Shown: positions 49,785 to 58,792 of the stretch, piece by piece
Position numbering within the stretch: position 1 is the stretch's first letter
Layout: each line of letters starts with the position of its first letter
Source of the DNA: Azolla caroliniana
Taxonomy: Eukaryota > Plantae > Polypodiophyta
Assembly: GCA_043228905.1 (NCBI GenBank)
Contig: JBHGNT010000002.1
Coordinates: forward strand, 2,728,001 to 2,792,000
Reading direction: 5' to 3'
DNA: 64,000 nt
Translations under genes and position numbers: made by a program
The notes under the pieces: generated by a model
Told to the model about the DNA's origin: nothing
The model's input: only the letters and a program-made list of their open reading frames with translations
Databases searched by the model: none

Positions 49785-52700
49785 TTACACATCCGTAGGT
49801 CCCTTCGGACCCTGACCGTTTTCCTTACGGGTTGCCGTGTCTTCCTTCGTCTCTACTACGGGTTCCCCGTTGTCTTTTTCTTCCGGACCGATACGTACCG
49901 ATCCCGGTGTAGTGCCGGTGAGCTGCATAAACGGGTTCTTTGGCATCGGTCCTTTATAGGGCTTTAGTCGAAATCCATTCACCCACTTGCCTAGTACTTC
50001 CCCGGCAAGTGTCCCTATCTGATAGGACCCGTTGTATTCCCGTGTCAGCCAATACGGGCCTGTCCATCTGAACCGGAGTTTACCCGGCATTTTGCCCATC
50101 CTCGTTTGGAATACTAGAACCGGCTTTCCGATTTCGAACATCTTTTCGTTACCTTTCCGGTGACGGTCAACGAACGCTTTCCGTCGTCGTTGCTCCAGTT
50201 CCATGTGGAGGATGCTAGCCAGCCGTTGCTCCTCCAGTTCGCATAGTGCTGCTAGCCGTATTTCCTCCGACTTCTTTTCATTCAGCCGTTCCCGTAGTTG
50301 GATCCGTAAGCTTGGTACCTGAAACTCGACCGGCATGACCGCTTCTAAGCCGAATGCTAACCGGAACGGCGTTGTCCGGATACTTGTTTTGTATGCCGTT
50401 CTGTACGCCCATAGCGCGCTATGGAGCTTTGTATCCCAGTCCGTCCGGTTTTCGTTGACGATTTTGCGGAGAATGTTCTGCAGCGTTTTGTTGGTGGACT
50501 CCGCTAACCCGTTCGCCTGTGGGTAGTACGGTGTGCTCCGTTTATGAACCACGGCATAGAACGTTGTTAAGCTTTCCACTACCTGGCCGAGGAAATGCCC
50601 TCCTTGGTCGCTGATCAGTTCAATCGGACATCCATATCGGCACCAAATGTTCTCGTACAGGAATTTTGCTGTGGATGACGCGGTGTTGTCTCTCAGGGCC
50701 TTAGCTTCCACCCATTTCGTGCAATAATCCGTTGCCACGATGACATAACGATTACCCGTTCTCATTGCCGGTGGCTTGAACGGTCCGACAAAATCCAACC
50801 CCCACTTCTGGAATGGCTCTAGTGGAAGTACCGGTTGGTGTGGCATCCGTGCTTGCTCCGTAGGCTGGCCCATTCGTTGGCATAGGTCACATTCCTTAGC
50901 ATACTTGACGGCGTCTTTTAACGTCGTGGGCCACCACAAGCCGCTCTGCCATACTTTCCTCGCCGTCGCTTCTCCGGCATAGTGTCCTCCGGCAACCCCA
51001 CAGTGTGCTTCCCGTAAGATTACTTCTTTCTCGTCACTACGGACTGCCCGTCTCCATATTCCATCTGCTCCTTTGTGGTAGAGAGTGTCCCGTAACAGAC
51101 AGAAATTGCGGCTCTGCACCGCCAGTCGTTTCCTCTCGTCCCGGTTCATTTCCTCCGGTGGCAGGCCGGTGCTTAGGAACTGGTGCATGTTTGTCAGCCA
51201 TTTATCTTCTGATGCCACCGTGTCGTCCGCTGCCGTTTCCGGGGTGATACGGAATAACTCCGCGTCCGGGAATTCATCCGCTACTCCGTCGCCTGGTTCT
51301 CCGGACTCTAACCGGCTTAGATAGTCTGCTACGGCATGCTGGATACCGGGCCGGTGGAAAATCTCGAATTCGAACTCCTGCAACAGCAAGGTCCAACGGG
51401 CCAACTTACCAGTCAGGGACGCCTTGGAAACTAAGTAGAGGAGCGCCGAGTGATCCACATGGAAGGAGAACTTCCTTCCCAATAGGTAGTGACGAAACTT
51501 TGTTACACTGTAGATCATGCCCAGAGCCTCCCGTTCCGTCGTTGAATAGTTCTTCTCCGCTTGGGACAGCTTCCGGCTGGCGTAATATACCGGCCGGTAC
51601 CATTTAGGCTCCGTAAGTTGCATTAAGGCGCTGCCAATAGCGATGTCGGAAGCGTCCACGAACACATGAAATTCCTTGCTCCAATCCGGAGGCTGCACGA
51701 CGGGTGCTTGCGATAAAAGTACCTTCAGGGCATTGTATGCCTTATCCTCCGTATCCGTCCATTGGAACGGTGTCCGATGTACCGCGGTGTGTAATGGTGT
51801 CGCCAAGTCCGCCAAGTGACGGAGCATCCGGCTGTGCCACCGGATTTGTCCTAAGAATCGGCTTAGTGCTTTGGCCGTTTTCGGCGCCGGTGCCCCTAGT
51901 ATGGCGTTTACTTTGTCCGGGTCGACCGCAATGCCCTCCTTACTTACAATGTGTCCCAGCAATATTCCACTTGAAACCCCAAAGATGCATTTTGCTGGGT
52001 TTAAGCTTAGCCGGTATAACCTACACTTTTCAAGGCATAACCGTAGGTGCTGCAAATGGTTTTTTCCCCGGCTATAAACTGCAAAATCATCCAGGAAAAC
52101 TTGCATGAAGGCAGGAATGTATTCGCCGAAGATCTCCATGATGATTCGCTGGAACGTTGCTGGTGCCGTTTTTAGGCCGAACATCATGACTTCGGCCACA
52201 AACACCCCCCATTCGGTGACGAACGCTGTCTTTTCCTGGTCGTCCGGGTGCATCCGGATTTGATTGTACCCGCTGAACCCGTCTAAAAAGCTATAAACTT
52301 CATGACCGGCGACGGCATCCAGTACTCCGTCCGTGAACGGAAGAGGGAATGCATCCGTAATTGTGGCGGCATTTAGTTTCCTGTAATCAACACACACACG
52401 GATTTTACCGTTCTTCTTGGGGACGACGACGATGGGGCTCAGCCACGTCGCTTTCTTTACCGGCCGGATGAAGCCCACTCTTAAGAGTTTGTCGATTTCC
52501 TCCTTCACTTTGGCGGCGTAGTTGGGGTTCATTCGGTAACGTCGTTGCGCCACTGGTTTCGCGTCCTTGCCTAAGTGGATCTGATGCTGATATAACTGAG
52601 GGTCCAGCCCTCGCATGTCCTCGTATGACCAGGCGAATACGTCGCGAAACTCCGTAAGAAGTTTGATCATCGCCGCTTTATCTTCCGGCTTCATTTCTTT

Positions 52701-54248
52701 GGCGATGTGTACCGGCTTTGATTCGTCCTTGCTTCCTAGGTTTACTTCGTCGAGCTGGGATGCTTTTACCCGTTGGGAAACGGCCATTTCCCGTTCCAAC
52801 GCTTCCTGTGCTTGCCGTAATTCCCGAATCGCATCTTTGTCTGGTTCGGCTTCGGTGTCGTCCCGCTGCGGCAAGTATGGGGCTACGGCTTCAGCTATGT
52901 CGATCTCGAAGAGTGGTACGATCTTCGGATGTTCCTCCAAGTACTGGGCTTCTTCGTCGTCTGCCAATCCTTCAAGCATGTTCACACATTCCGCATACAG
53001 CGGTGTGCATTCCTTACCGTTGCTCGTCCGTGGTTGTGTCGGAACCCGGACCTTGGCTTTTCCGCGCCGGAAGGTAATCATATTTTTTCGCCAATTTTGC
53101 TTGATGTGTGCTGTTTTCAACCATGGTCTGCCCAGCAACAGAGGGTACGCGCCTTGCGCCTGTAGCTGCAGCACTACAGCCGAGATGTGAAATGTGTGAC
53201 CTCCTATGGTGACTTCCAATTTCCGTATTAAGCCCGTCGGTCGTACCGAACTCGTATCCGCCATCCGTAGCCAGAACGGGCATGGCTCCCATTCATGTAT
53301 TCCCAAGGCATCACACGTACGGAGGCTTATTACGTTCACCCCGGAACCTCCATCGATTACGGTGCCGGGAAGTTCGTGCCCTTTGACAATAGCTGTAATC
53401 GCCGGACTACTAGTGTCCACCACCGTCGGTCCCTCCTCCGGGTTCGAGAAAAGGACTGGTGCCGGTGGAGCTATACCGTCTGTCATGACCGTTTTTAGTC
53501 CTTCTGTGAATCGCGGCACGAGCTGCAAGAGTCTTCCTAATGGTAACGTGATCTGACATTCTTGTAGTGCTTGCCATGTCTCGTTTTCTGGGTGGCTACC
53601 GCCGGCACTCCCTATGGTCTTCGCCTTTTGCCGTTCCGCGTCCGCGACGTTTCTTTCATTGGCTTCCTTCACCCATTCCGTCGCCTGTTTTCGTATGGCC
53701 TCTTGTGTTTCCCATTCTTTGGCCATGCCTTTCGACCGTGTGGTTACTTGCTGTAAATCCGCCACTTCCGGAACCACCATATTAACTGCTGGTCGTTTCT
53801 CATAGCTCTTTACCGGGCACTGGTTACTGTAGTGGCCTTCCTGCCTGCAGTAGTAGCAGTACTCTTTACGGGTATTGCTGGATTCAGCATTGCTGGTAGC
53901 CGGAGTCGGTCCCGTAGCGAGTGGTGCGTTCTGTGCCGGTTGGCTCCTTGGGGTTCCATGTTCCGGGTCCCTAGGGTGACCACCTTTCTTGAAATTACGT
54001 TTCTTATTATTCTTATGTTTATTTCGGTAGTCCGGTCGTGGTGGATCGTAAAATCGGCCGTAGTCCTCCTGGTGCCTTCGGTAACCAGGGGAATGGTCTC
54101 TGTCGTATTGCTCGTGTCGCCTGTTGGGCTCTCGATAACGGTCCGATCGCTCATACCGGTCGTAGTTATCACGCCGATTCCCGTACCGGCCATCATTCTC
54201 TTGCCTGTCTCCGTACCGGACATCCTGTGCTGGTCGGTACCGGTTCAT
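49785..54248 (-). CDS. pol: Gypsy B polyprotein (zinc knuckle, protease, RT, RNase H, integrase)
   Basis: CYYCRQEGHYSNQC; VIDGGSG; FLDDF; VDASD..TEREALG..DH; H..H..CDLC; WGLDFVGP, SDQG, NGLAES; WTGPY. Confidence 0.96.
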   Translation of the reverse strand: MNRYRPAQDVRYGDRQENDGRYGNRRDNYDRYERSDRYREPNRRHEQYDRDHSPGYRRHQEDYGRFYDPPRPDYRNKHKNNKKRNFKKGGHPRDPEHGTPRSQPAQNAPLATGPTPATSNAESSNTRKEYCYYCRQEGHYSNQCPVKSYEKRPAVNMVVPEVADLQQVTTRSKGMAKEWETQEAIRKQATEWVKEANERNVADAERQKAKTIGSAGGSHPENETWQALQECQITLPLGRLLQLVPRFTEGLKTVMTDGIAPPAPVLFSNPEEGPTVVDTSSPAITAIVKGHELPGTVIDGGSGVNVISLRTCDALGIHEWEPCPFWLRMADTSSVRPTGLIRKLEVTIGGHTFHISAVVLQLQAQGAYPLLLGRPWLKTAHIKQNWRKNMITFRRGKAKVRVPTQPRTSNGKECTPLYAECVNMLEGLADDEEAQYLEEHPKIVPLFEIDIAEAVAPYLPQRDDTEAEPDKDAIRELRQAQEALEREMAVSQRVKASQLDEVNLGSKDESKPVHIAKEMKPEDKAAMIKLLTEFRDVFAWSYEDMRGLDPQLYQHQIHLGKDAKPVAQRRYRMNPNYAAKVKEEIDKLLRVGFIRPVKKATWLSPIVVVPKKNGKIRVCVDYRKLNAATITDAFPLPFTDGVLDAVAGHEVYSFLDGFSGYNQIRMHPDDQEKTAFVTEWGVFVAEVMMFGLKTAPATFQRIIMEIFGEYIPAFMQVFLDDFAVYSRGKNHLQHLRLCLEKCRLYRLSLNPAKCIFGVSSGILLGHIVSKEGIAVDPDKVNAILGAPAPKTAKALSRFLGQIRWHSRMLRHLADLATPLHTAVHRTPFQWTDTEDKAYNALKVLLSQAPVVQPPDWSKEFHVFVDASDIAIGSALMQLTEPKWYRPVYYASRKLSQAEKNYSTTEREALGMIYSVTKFRHYLLGRKFSFHVDHSALLYLVSKASLTGKLARWTLLLQEFEFEIFHRPGIQHAVADYLSRLESGEPGDGVADEFPDAELFRITPETAADDTVASEDKWLTNMHQFLSTGLPPEEMNRDERKRLAVQSRNFCLLRDTLYHKGADGIWRRAVRSDEKEVILREAHCGVAGGHYAGEATARKVWQSGLWWPTTLKDAVKYAKECDLCQRMGQPTEQARMPHQPVLPLEPFQKWGLDFVGPFKPPAMRTGNRYVIVATDYCTKWVEAKALRDNTASSTAKFLYENIWCRYGCPIELISDQGGHFLGQVVESLTTFYAVVHKRSTPYYPQANGLAESTNKTLQNILRKIVNENRTDWDTKLHSALWAYRTAYKTSIRTTPFRLAFGLEAVMPVEFQVPSLRIQLRERLNEKKSEEIRLAALCELEEQRLASILHMELEQRRRKAFVDRHRKGNEKMFEIGKPVLVFQTRMGKMPGKLRFRWTGPYWLTREYNGSYQIGTLAGEVLGKWVNGFRLKPYKGPMPKNPFMQLTGTTPGSVRIGPEEKDNGEPVVETKEDTATRKENGQGPKGPTDV

Positions 54249-54323
54249 TTTTTGCCAACGATCTTCATCTTCGTCTTGGCTGCTTCTTGGCTCGATTCGT
54301 CGGACGGGTGGTGCTTGTCGGTT

Positions 54324-55637
54324 TTACAGGTTATACTCGCACCGGTCCGTTGTATGACTCTTGGATTGACAAATCACACACTGAGTGCGCATGGTGCACT
54401 CTACTGCCGAGTGTCCGGCATTCAAGCAGATTGTGCATTGAATTGCCTGCCGGAACCGGAGATCTTCCTCGGTGGGTAACGCCCGTTGCAGTGTTCCCAG
54501 CGTAAGCCATGAGCTTGTCTTTTCCATTTCTCTGACCCGGTCAATGACCTGATCGATGGTGCATCCTCGAAAGTCGATTACCGTACACACCGTGCGTAAC
54601 GGTTCCCGGAGTGCGTTTAAAAATATCGTCCGTAATTCCTCCTCCGGGGGTGCACGGGCAAGCTGGCTATGCATTCGTTGGAAACGGATGACGAATTGGG
54701 GAATGCTTTCCCCTGCCTCCTGTCGGATCGTATAAAACAAGCCCACCATTGTCGTCTGGTCGACCTCCTTGTGGAAAAAATGCAAGAATTTTGCTTTTAA
54801 TTCTGCAAATGTTGTGATGGTCGCCGGGTCCTGCGACCGCCGCCATCGTGTCGCTGGTCCCTCCAACGTGACTCCGAATTCCGCTATCTTCGAGCGTTCT
54901 TCTTCCTCCGGTGTCATTCGCTGGGACGTGTGATTTGCTTCCCATGTCTGCTCGAAGTCATCCACATGCGCTTCCGCATCCGGATCATCGCGGTACTTTG
55001 AGTATTGGAACGGCATGTCGTCGTCCAGTATTAAGCCGCGGTTTAGTGGCGTTTGTTGATATTTTTCCGGTTCTTTTTCCGGTTCCACTTCCGGTTCTTC
55101 TGCCGGTCCTTTTTCCGGTTCTTTTTCCGGCTCTTCTTCCGGTACCTTTGCCGGCTCTTTCGTTGGTGTTGGTGGCTTTGCTTCTTCCACTTCCGGTGTT
55201 GGTGGGTTGACGGCTTCCGTTTGCGGTTCCGGATAGCCCTGGTTGAGCGGTTCCGGTTCTGGAGTCGGCACGTTATCCGACCCGTCGTCTTCCGGGCCGC
55301 CGGGGGTATCGTTGCTGCTCCGGTAGTTCGTGTGCACGCTGTATCCCCCTTCGGAATCCGATTCGTAGGCTGAAAAGGCTTCTGCCTCGTTTTCTCCGCT
55401 TGCCAGCGCCTCCAGGAGTCGTTCGGTTTCCCGGAGACTACTTAGACTGCTTCCGTCGTCCTGGTCGCGAGTTTGCCGTAACCGGAGAGATTCCTCCGCG
55501 ACTCTCCGGATCTCGTTGGAGAACGAACGATCCGAGCGAATTTCCTGCGCTGCTTGCTGGAAAGTCTCACGCCGTCTTTGCCGTTCGGCGAGGCGTCGAG
55601 CTCGGTCTGTACCCAAGTCGTGCGTTGGTCTAGTCAT
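54324..55637 (-). CDS. gag: Gypsy B gag (capsid, two CCHC knuckles); in frame with pol across a single TAA
   Basis: IRQEAGESIPQFVIRF major-homology-like region; CTICLNAGHSAVEC and CVICQSKSHTTDRC. Confidence 0.92.
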   Translation of the reverse strand: MTRPTHDLGTDRARRLAERQRRRETFQQAAQEIRSDRSFSNEIRRVAEESLRLRQTRDQDDGSSLSSLRETERLLEALASGENEAEAFSAYESDSEGGYSVHTNYRSSNDTPGGPEDDGSDNVPTPEPEPLNQGYPEPQTEAVNPPTPEVEEAKPPTPTKEPAKVPEEEPEKEPEKGPAEEPEVEPEKEPEKYQQTPLNRGLILDDDMPFQYSKYRDDPDAEAHVDDFEQTWEANHTSQRMTPEEEERSKIAEFGVTLEGPATRWRRSQDPATITTFAELKAKFLHFFHKEVDQTTMVGLFYTIRQEAGESIPQFVIRFQRMHSQLARAPPEEELRTIFLNALREPLRTVCTVIDFRGCTIDQVIDRVREMEKTSSWLTLGTLQRALPTEEDLRFRQAIQCTICLNAGHSAVECTMRTQCVICQSKSHTTDRCEYNL

Positions 55638-55670
55638 CCATTACCGTCGTTCGCTGCGAGAAAGCAGGAA

Positions 55671-55682
55671 TCGTGGTCGCCA
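55671..55682 (-). other. Gypsy B primer-binding site (TGGCGACCAC, tRNA-Arg-like)
   Basis: cagtttTGGCGACCACGA follows the 5' LTR on the minus strand, ~35 nt before the gag ATG. Confidence 0.7.
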
Positions 55683-55688
55683 AAACTG

Positions 55689-56108
55689 TGTTATTCGCTT
55701 AGCCGGACAAGGCCTAACACAAGGTGTCACGGAGACACTTCACCAAAGGGTGATTACGGCATAGGATTAAGATTCAACGATTACACCGACTTACATAGGT
55801 TACACGATTAGATTGCTTTGGTTAATTACACGCGTAAGATATAACAGTGATTACAGAACGGAAATCAAGACAGAAGTATAAACAACATAAGCTCTATTAA
55901 TTATCCGCTGTCATTACAATGGGGTCCGGGCCTTTAAATAGGTTTCCGGCCCGTAGTACAAAACGGTGCCTCTCGCACCTATTCGGGATCCGTCCGGATC
56001 TGGAACGGCATACCGTTTCCAGTCCGTCCGTCCACACTATGCTCATTTACAACCATATCTAATTAATTCCTTCACTCCGTATTTTGGACTCCTTGCCGGC
56101 CGGTAACA
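55689..56108 (-). repeat. Gypsy B 5' LTR
   Basis: Direct repeat of 46289-46708. Confidence 0.96.
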
Positions 56109-56219
56109 AAGCACTTACGGATGTCACGCTATCTCCGGACCAGGGCCTATGGATAGAGCCAAATATCCTAGACATTTTGAATGATGAATATAGGGATGGG
56201 TCCGACGAGCCATGGCTCT

Positions 56220-56236
56220 GTCCCACAAGCGTGCCA
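56220..56236 (+). other. tRNA-3'-end-like sequence at the PPT position of Gypsy A
   Basis: GTCCCACAAGCGTGCCA+AG+LTR. Confidence 0.75.
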
Positions 56237-56238
56237 AG

Positions 56239-56679
56239 TGTTGTCCGCTGGAATTGTAACCGCCGAACATGGCGCGTAAAATATCAAATATAAAATATAT
56301 TAGAAGTGTTAGGAAATGTATGTAATGGTTCACGCAAGGAGTGTGACCAACTAAAAGCCCTGTGTATATAAAGGGCAGAAATCCTCTGTAAGAGGGAGCG
56401 TGTAATTATTGGGAGTAAAGCTTTTGTAATAGAATCCTATCTTCTCTGATCTCCTTGTCTGTCTATGTATGTAGTCTACTATCTTGGCGTTGCATTCTAA
56501 TTCGTAACTATGGGTTGTAAGCGTAGGGTAAGTGTGTTCTCCCCTTCACACCCAGACGATACGTTTGCTTAGTATCCTGTTACGACTCATGCCCAACACA
56601 GACCTGTTCCTTGTAAACACAATCACCTTGAAGTCTACTTCGAAGAACTGAGCGTAGACAGTGTTCCTAATCGGTAACA
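56239..56679 (+). repeat. Gypsy A 3' LTR
   Basis: Direct repeat of 37383-37823. Confidence 0.95.
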
Positions 56680-57093
56680 AAGACCAAGCCTTCTCTTACA
56701 CTTGACCAGGCCATCATTATGGCACGGGCCACCCTATCCTCCATGCTAGCTGGTTCTTTCATCTTTAGATTTGGACGAAACAACCACCACATCTTTGCCT
56801 TCCAAGGGCCGCCATTCCTTGGACACCAAAGGTCAACTTTGTCCCTGAGAAGCATAACCCTTATTCTCACATTTTAGGAAAAACTTTAAAATTTGGAAAA
56901 TTTGAAGTAATGAAATATTTTAAATTCTAAAGTTGAAAGCTAAAACCGAACCACAAAACTGCGGTTTTAATGGTTTAACAATTTGAAATATTTTTAACGG
57001 TTTCGTGGTTTGGTTCAGGTTTCAAAATGTTTAAATAGTTCGGTTTTGACACTCTCAAACTGAACCGAACCCTTGTTGATTGTTAATCATGTC

Positions 57094-57720
57094 TAAAAGT
57101 TATTAGCTCCTTCTAGGACGGGGTGAGAAGCTATTTTGCTATTTTGCTATTTTGATGGTATGCGCTTCTTTGTCTAATCGAATTTTGACCTCACGAAGTT
57201 CTAATTCATTTACTTGATTTGATTCTTGACTCCAGTTTCCGAAGCTTCACAATCTCCGATTATTTTCTCATGTTGAGTTGTTGCAATTTCTCTCGCATAA
57301 TTTCTTGTTCCTTACTAATATTTGATACTCTTGGTAGTTACTAGTGACATCATGTATTGTAGAGCTACACTCATGGTGTCAATCTCAAATAATGGAATAA
57401 TCATGGTTTGATTGTTCAAGTATTTTTCAACCTCTTCATTTTCAAGGCCATTTAGCATGTTCACACTTTGGTGTATATTGGGATTATTGTCAAACACCTC
57501 ATTATTTTTCCAACTATGGACAAACTTACCTTTGTTCTTCCTTTATGAAATTTCATATCATTCTCTTTCCAATTAGGCTTGACCTTTGTTGTCTTCAACC
57601 ATGGCCTTTTCAACAATTGTGAGTGAAAATGATCACGAAGTAAAACATTGAAGGCTCTTATTACTACAATGAAAGTAGCATCAAACTCATGGCATGAGAG
57701 CCAAACCCCCAAACTTATAT
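57094..57720 (-). mobile_element. Old Gypsy remnant (protease/RT linker) of the same lineage as A and B
   Basis: LLKRPWLKTTKVKPNWKEN..KGRTKV and SVNMLNGLENEEVEKYL...IIPLFEID match the B pol. Confidence 0.75.
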
Positions 57721-58363
57721 TCACATCCCCATTGCGTTTTTATGCGGGGAGCTTGAAAGTTTCAAAAGGGGAAGCTTGAGAATGCATAAAAAATTACTTA
57801 GCCAAGACCAACTTGACGCATGGAAGAACTCAAGACAAAGGCGTCTCTTTGAAATGAGGAAAATGTGAAAGTGTATGTAGATAACAATTGCCCATCCTTC
57901 TCAAAAGGCACTCCTAAATCAATGTTCGTTGCCTCATTTTAAGGCTACAAAATTAAACACCCAATAGAGTTCAAGTGTGAAATGATCCCCCAACATATTA
58001 CTATAAACCTCATATTTTTGAGGTAGAAGGATATCAAGACGAAGTGCAAATAAGTTGATCCTCAATGATGGCCTCCACATACTTTGCTCGTCGCTGCAAC
58101 ACTACAAAAGCACCATGTTAAGTGTGTTTCATTTTATTAAAAGCTATGATAGTGAGGTTCTTGTCAACCCAACAATGATGTGAACAACAAAACATAGATG
58201 AGGTAAAGGAGGGGACTTCAAACCTTTGCATGTGTTTCGTCCATTGTTTTTTTTCAGATTTGAACGGGGAGTGCTTGTATAACTCCAACAATAATTGTCC
58301 TTGAAATAAATTTGATATATTAGAATAGATAAAAAAATATTATCATCCATGAGGAGACCACTA

Positions 58364-58792
58364 TTGACTTATGGGTTTGTATTAAAGACTCTCCTAATGT
58401 GAAAAAAATGCTCGCACATATGTGCTCACCCTTCTTGGTGGAGATTTGGGTATCTCATAAGAATTATCATGTCCGTCTAGTAAATCATCATACTTCTCGC
58501 AAATAAACTTATATGTTCTGTATGCAACTAGAAGTAAGTGATAGTCATCCTCCATTAGCTTTTCATTGCACACCTTGCATATCTTCATACTTTGGCGATG
58601 ATAAACTTTAATACTTTGACCTATGGGCCTATATTAAAGACTCTTAATTGGAAAAAAATGTTGGCACATATGTGCTCACCCTTCGTGGTGGAGATTTGAC
58701 TGTCATTAGAATTATCATGCCCATCTAGTAAATCATCATACTTATATGTTGAGCATGCAACTAGAAGTAAGTGATATTCATCGTCCATTAGC
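58364..58792 (-). repeat. ~250-bp tandem duplication encoding a LINE-like C-terminal CCHC fragment
   Basis: Units start at ~58364 and ~58616; ICKVCNEKLMEDDYHLLLVA / EDEYHLLLVACSTY. Confidence 0.65.

Larger units (their letters stand above)
46289..56108 (-). mobile_element. Ty3/Gypsy LTR retrotransposon B, very recent, 9820 bp; non-chromoviral, no extra RNase H seen
   Basis: 420-bp LTRs 46289-46708 and 55689-56108 differ at one position; perfect TSD aagca (46284-46288, 56109-56113); near-intact ORFs. Confidence 0.97.
37383..56679 (+). mobile_element. Ty3/Gypsy LTR retrotransposon A (older, decayed), with element B nested inside
   Basis: 441-bp LTRs 37383-37823 and 56239-56679 (TG..CA; ~30 mismatches by eye, mostly transitions); TSD aagat/aagac; gag-PR-RT-RH-IN on the plus strand with many stops. 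Confidence 0.95.
35841..56858 (-). mobile_element. 5'-truncated L1/Tx1-type LINE (parts 56858-56685 and 37377-35841), interrupted by Gypsy A
   Basis: ORF 36011-37030 has zf-RVT (FWRRLW..CKLC..ESIPHSFWIC); 17-bp TSD ccttattctcacatttt at 35824-35840 and 56859-56875. Confidence 0.88.
35660..57085. mobile_element. Non-autonomous hAT element, copy 2 (~390 bp core), split by nested LINE and Gypsy insertions
   Basis: TIR taatagtcggcaacgg / ccttgttgattgtta; 8-bp TSD atcatgtc (35652-35659, 57086-57093); same subterminal repeats as copy 1. Confidence 0.85.

Noticed and set aside
47145-55373. Many plus-strand ORFs overlapping Gypsy B
   Set aside because: Antisense shadows of GC-rich coding sequence with no domain signal
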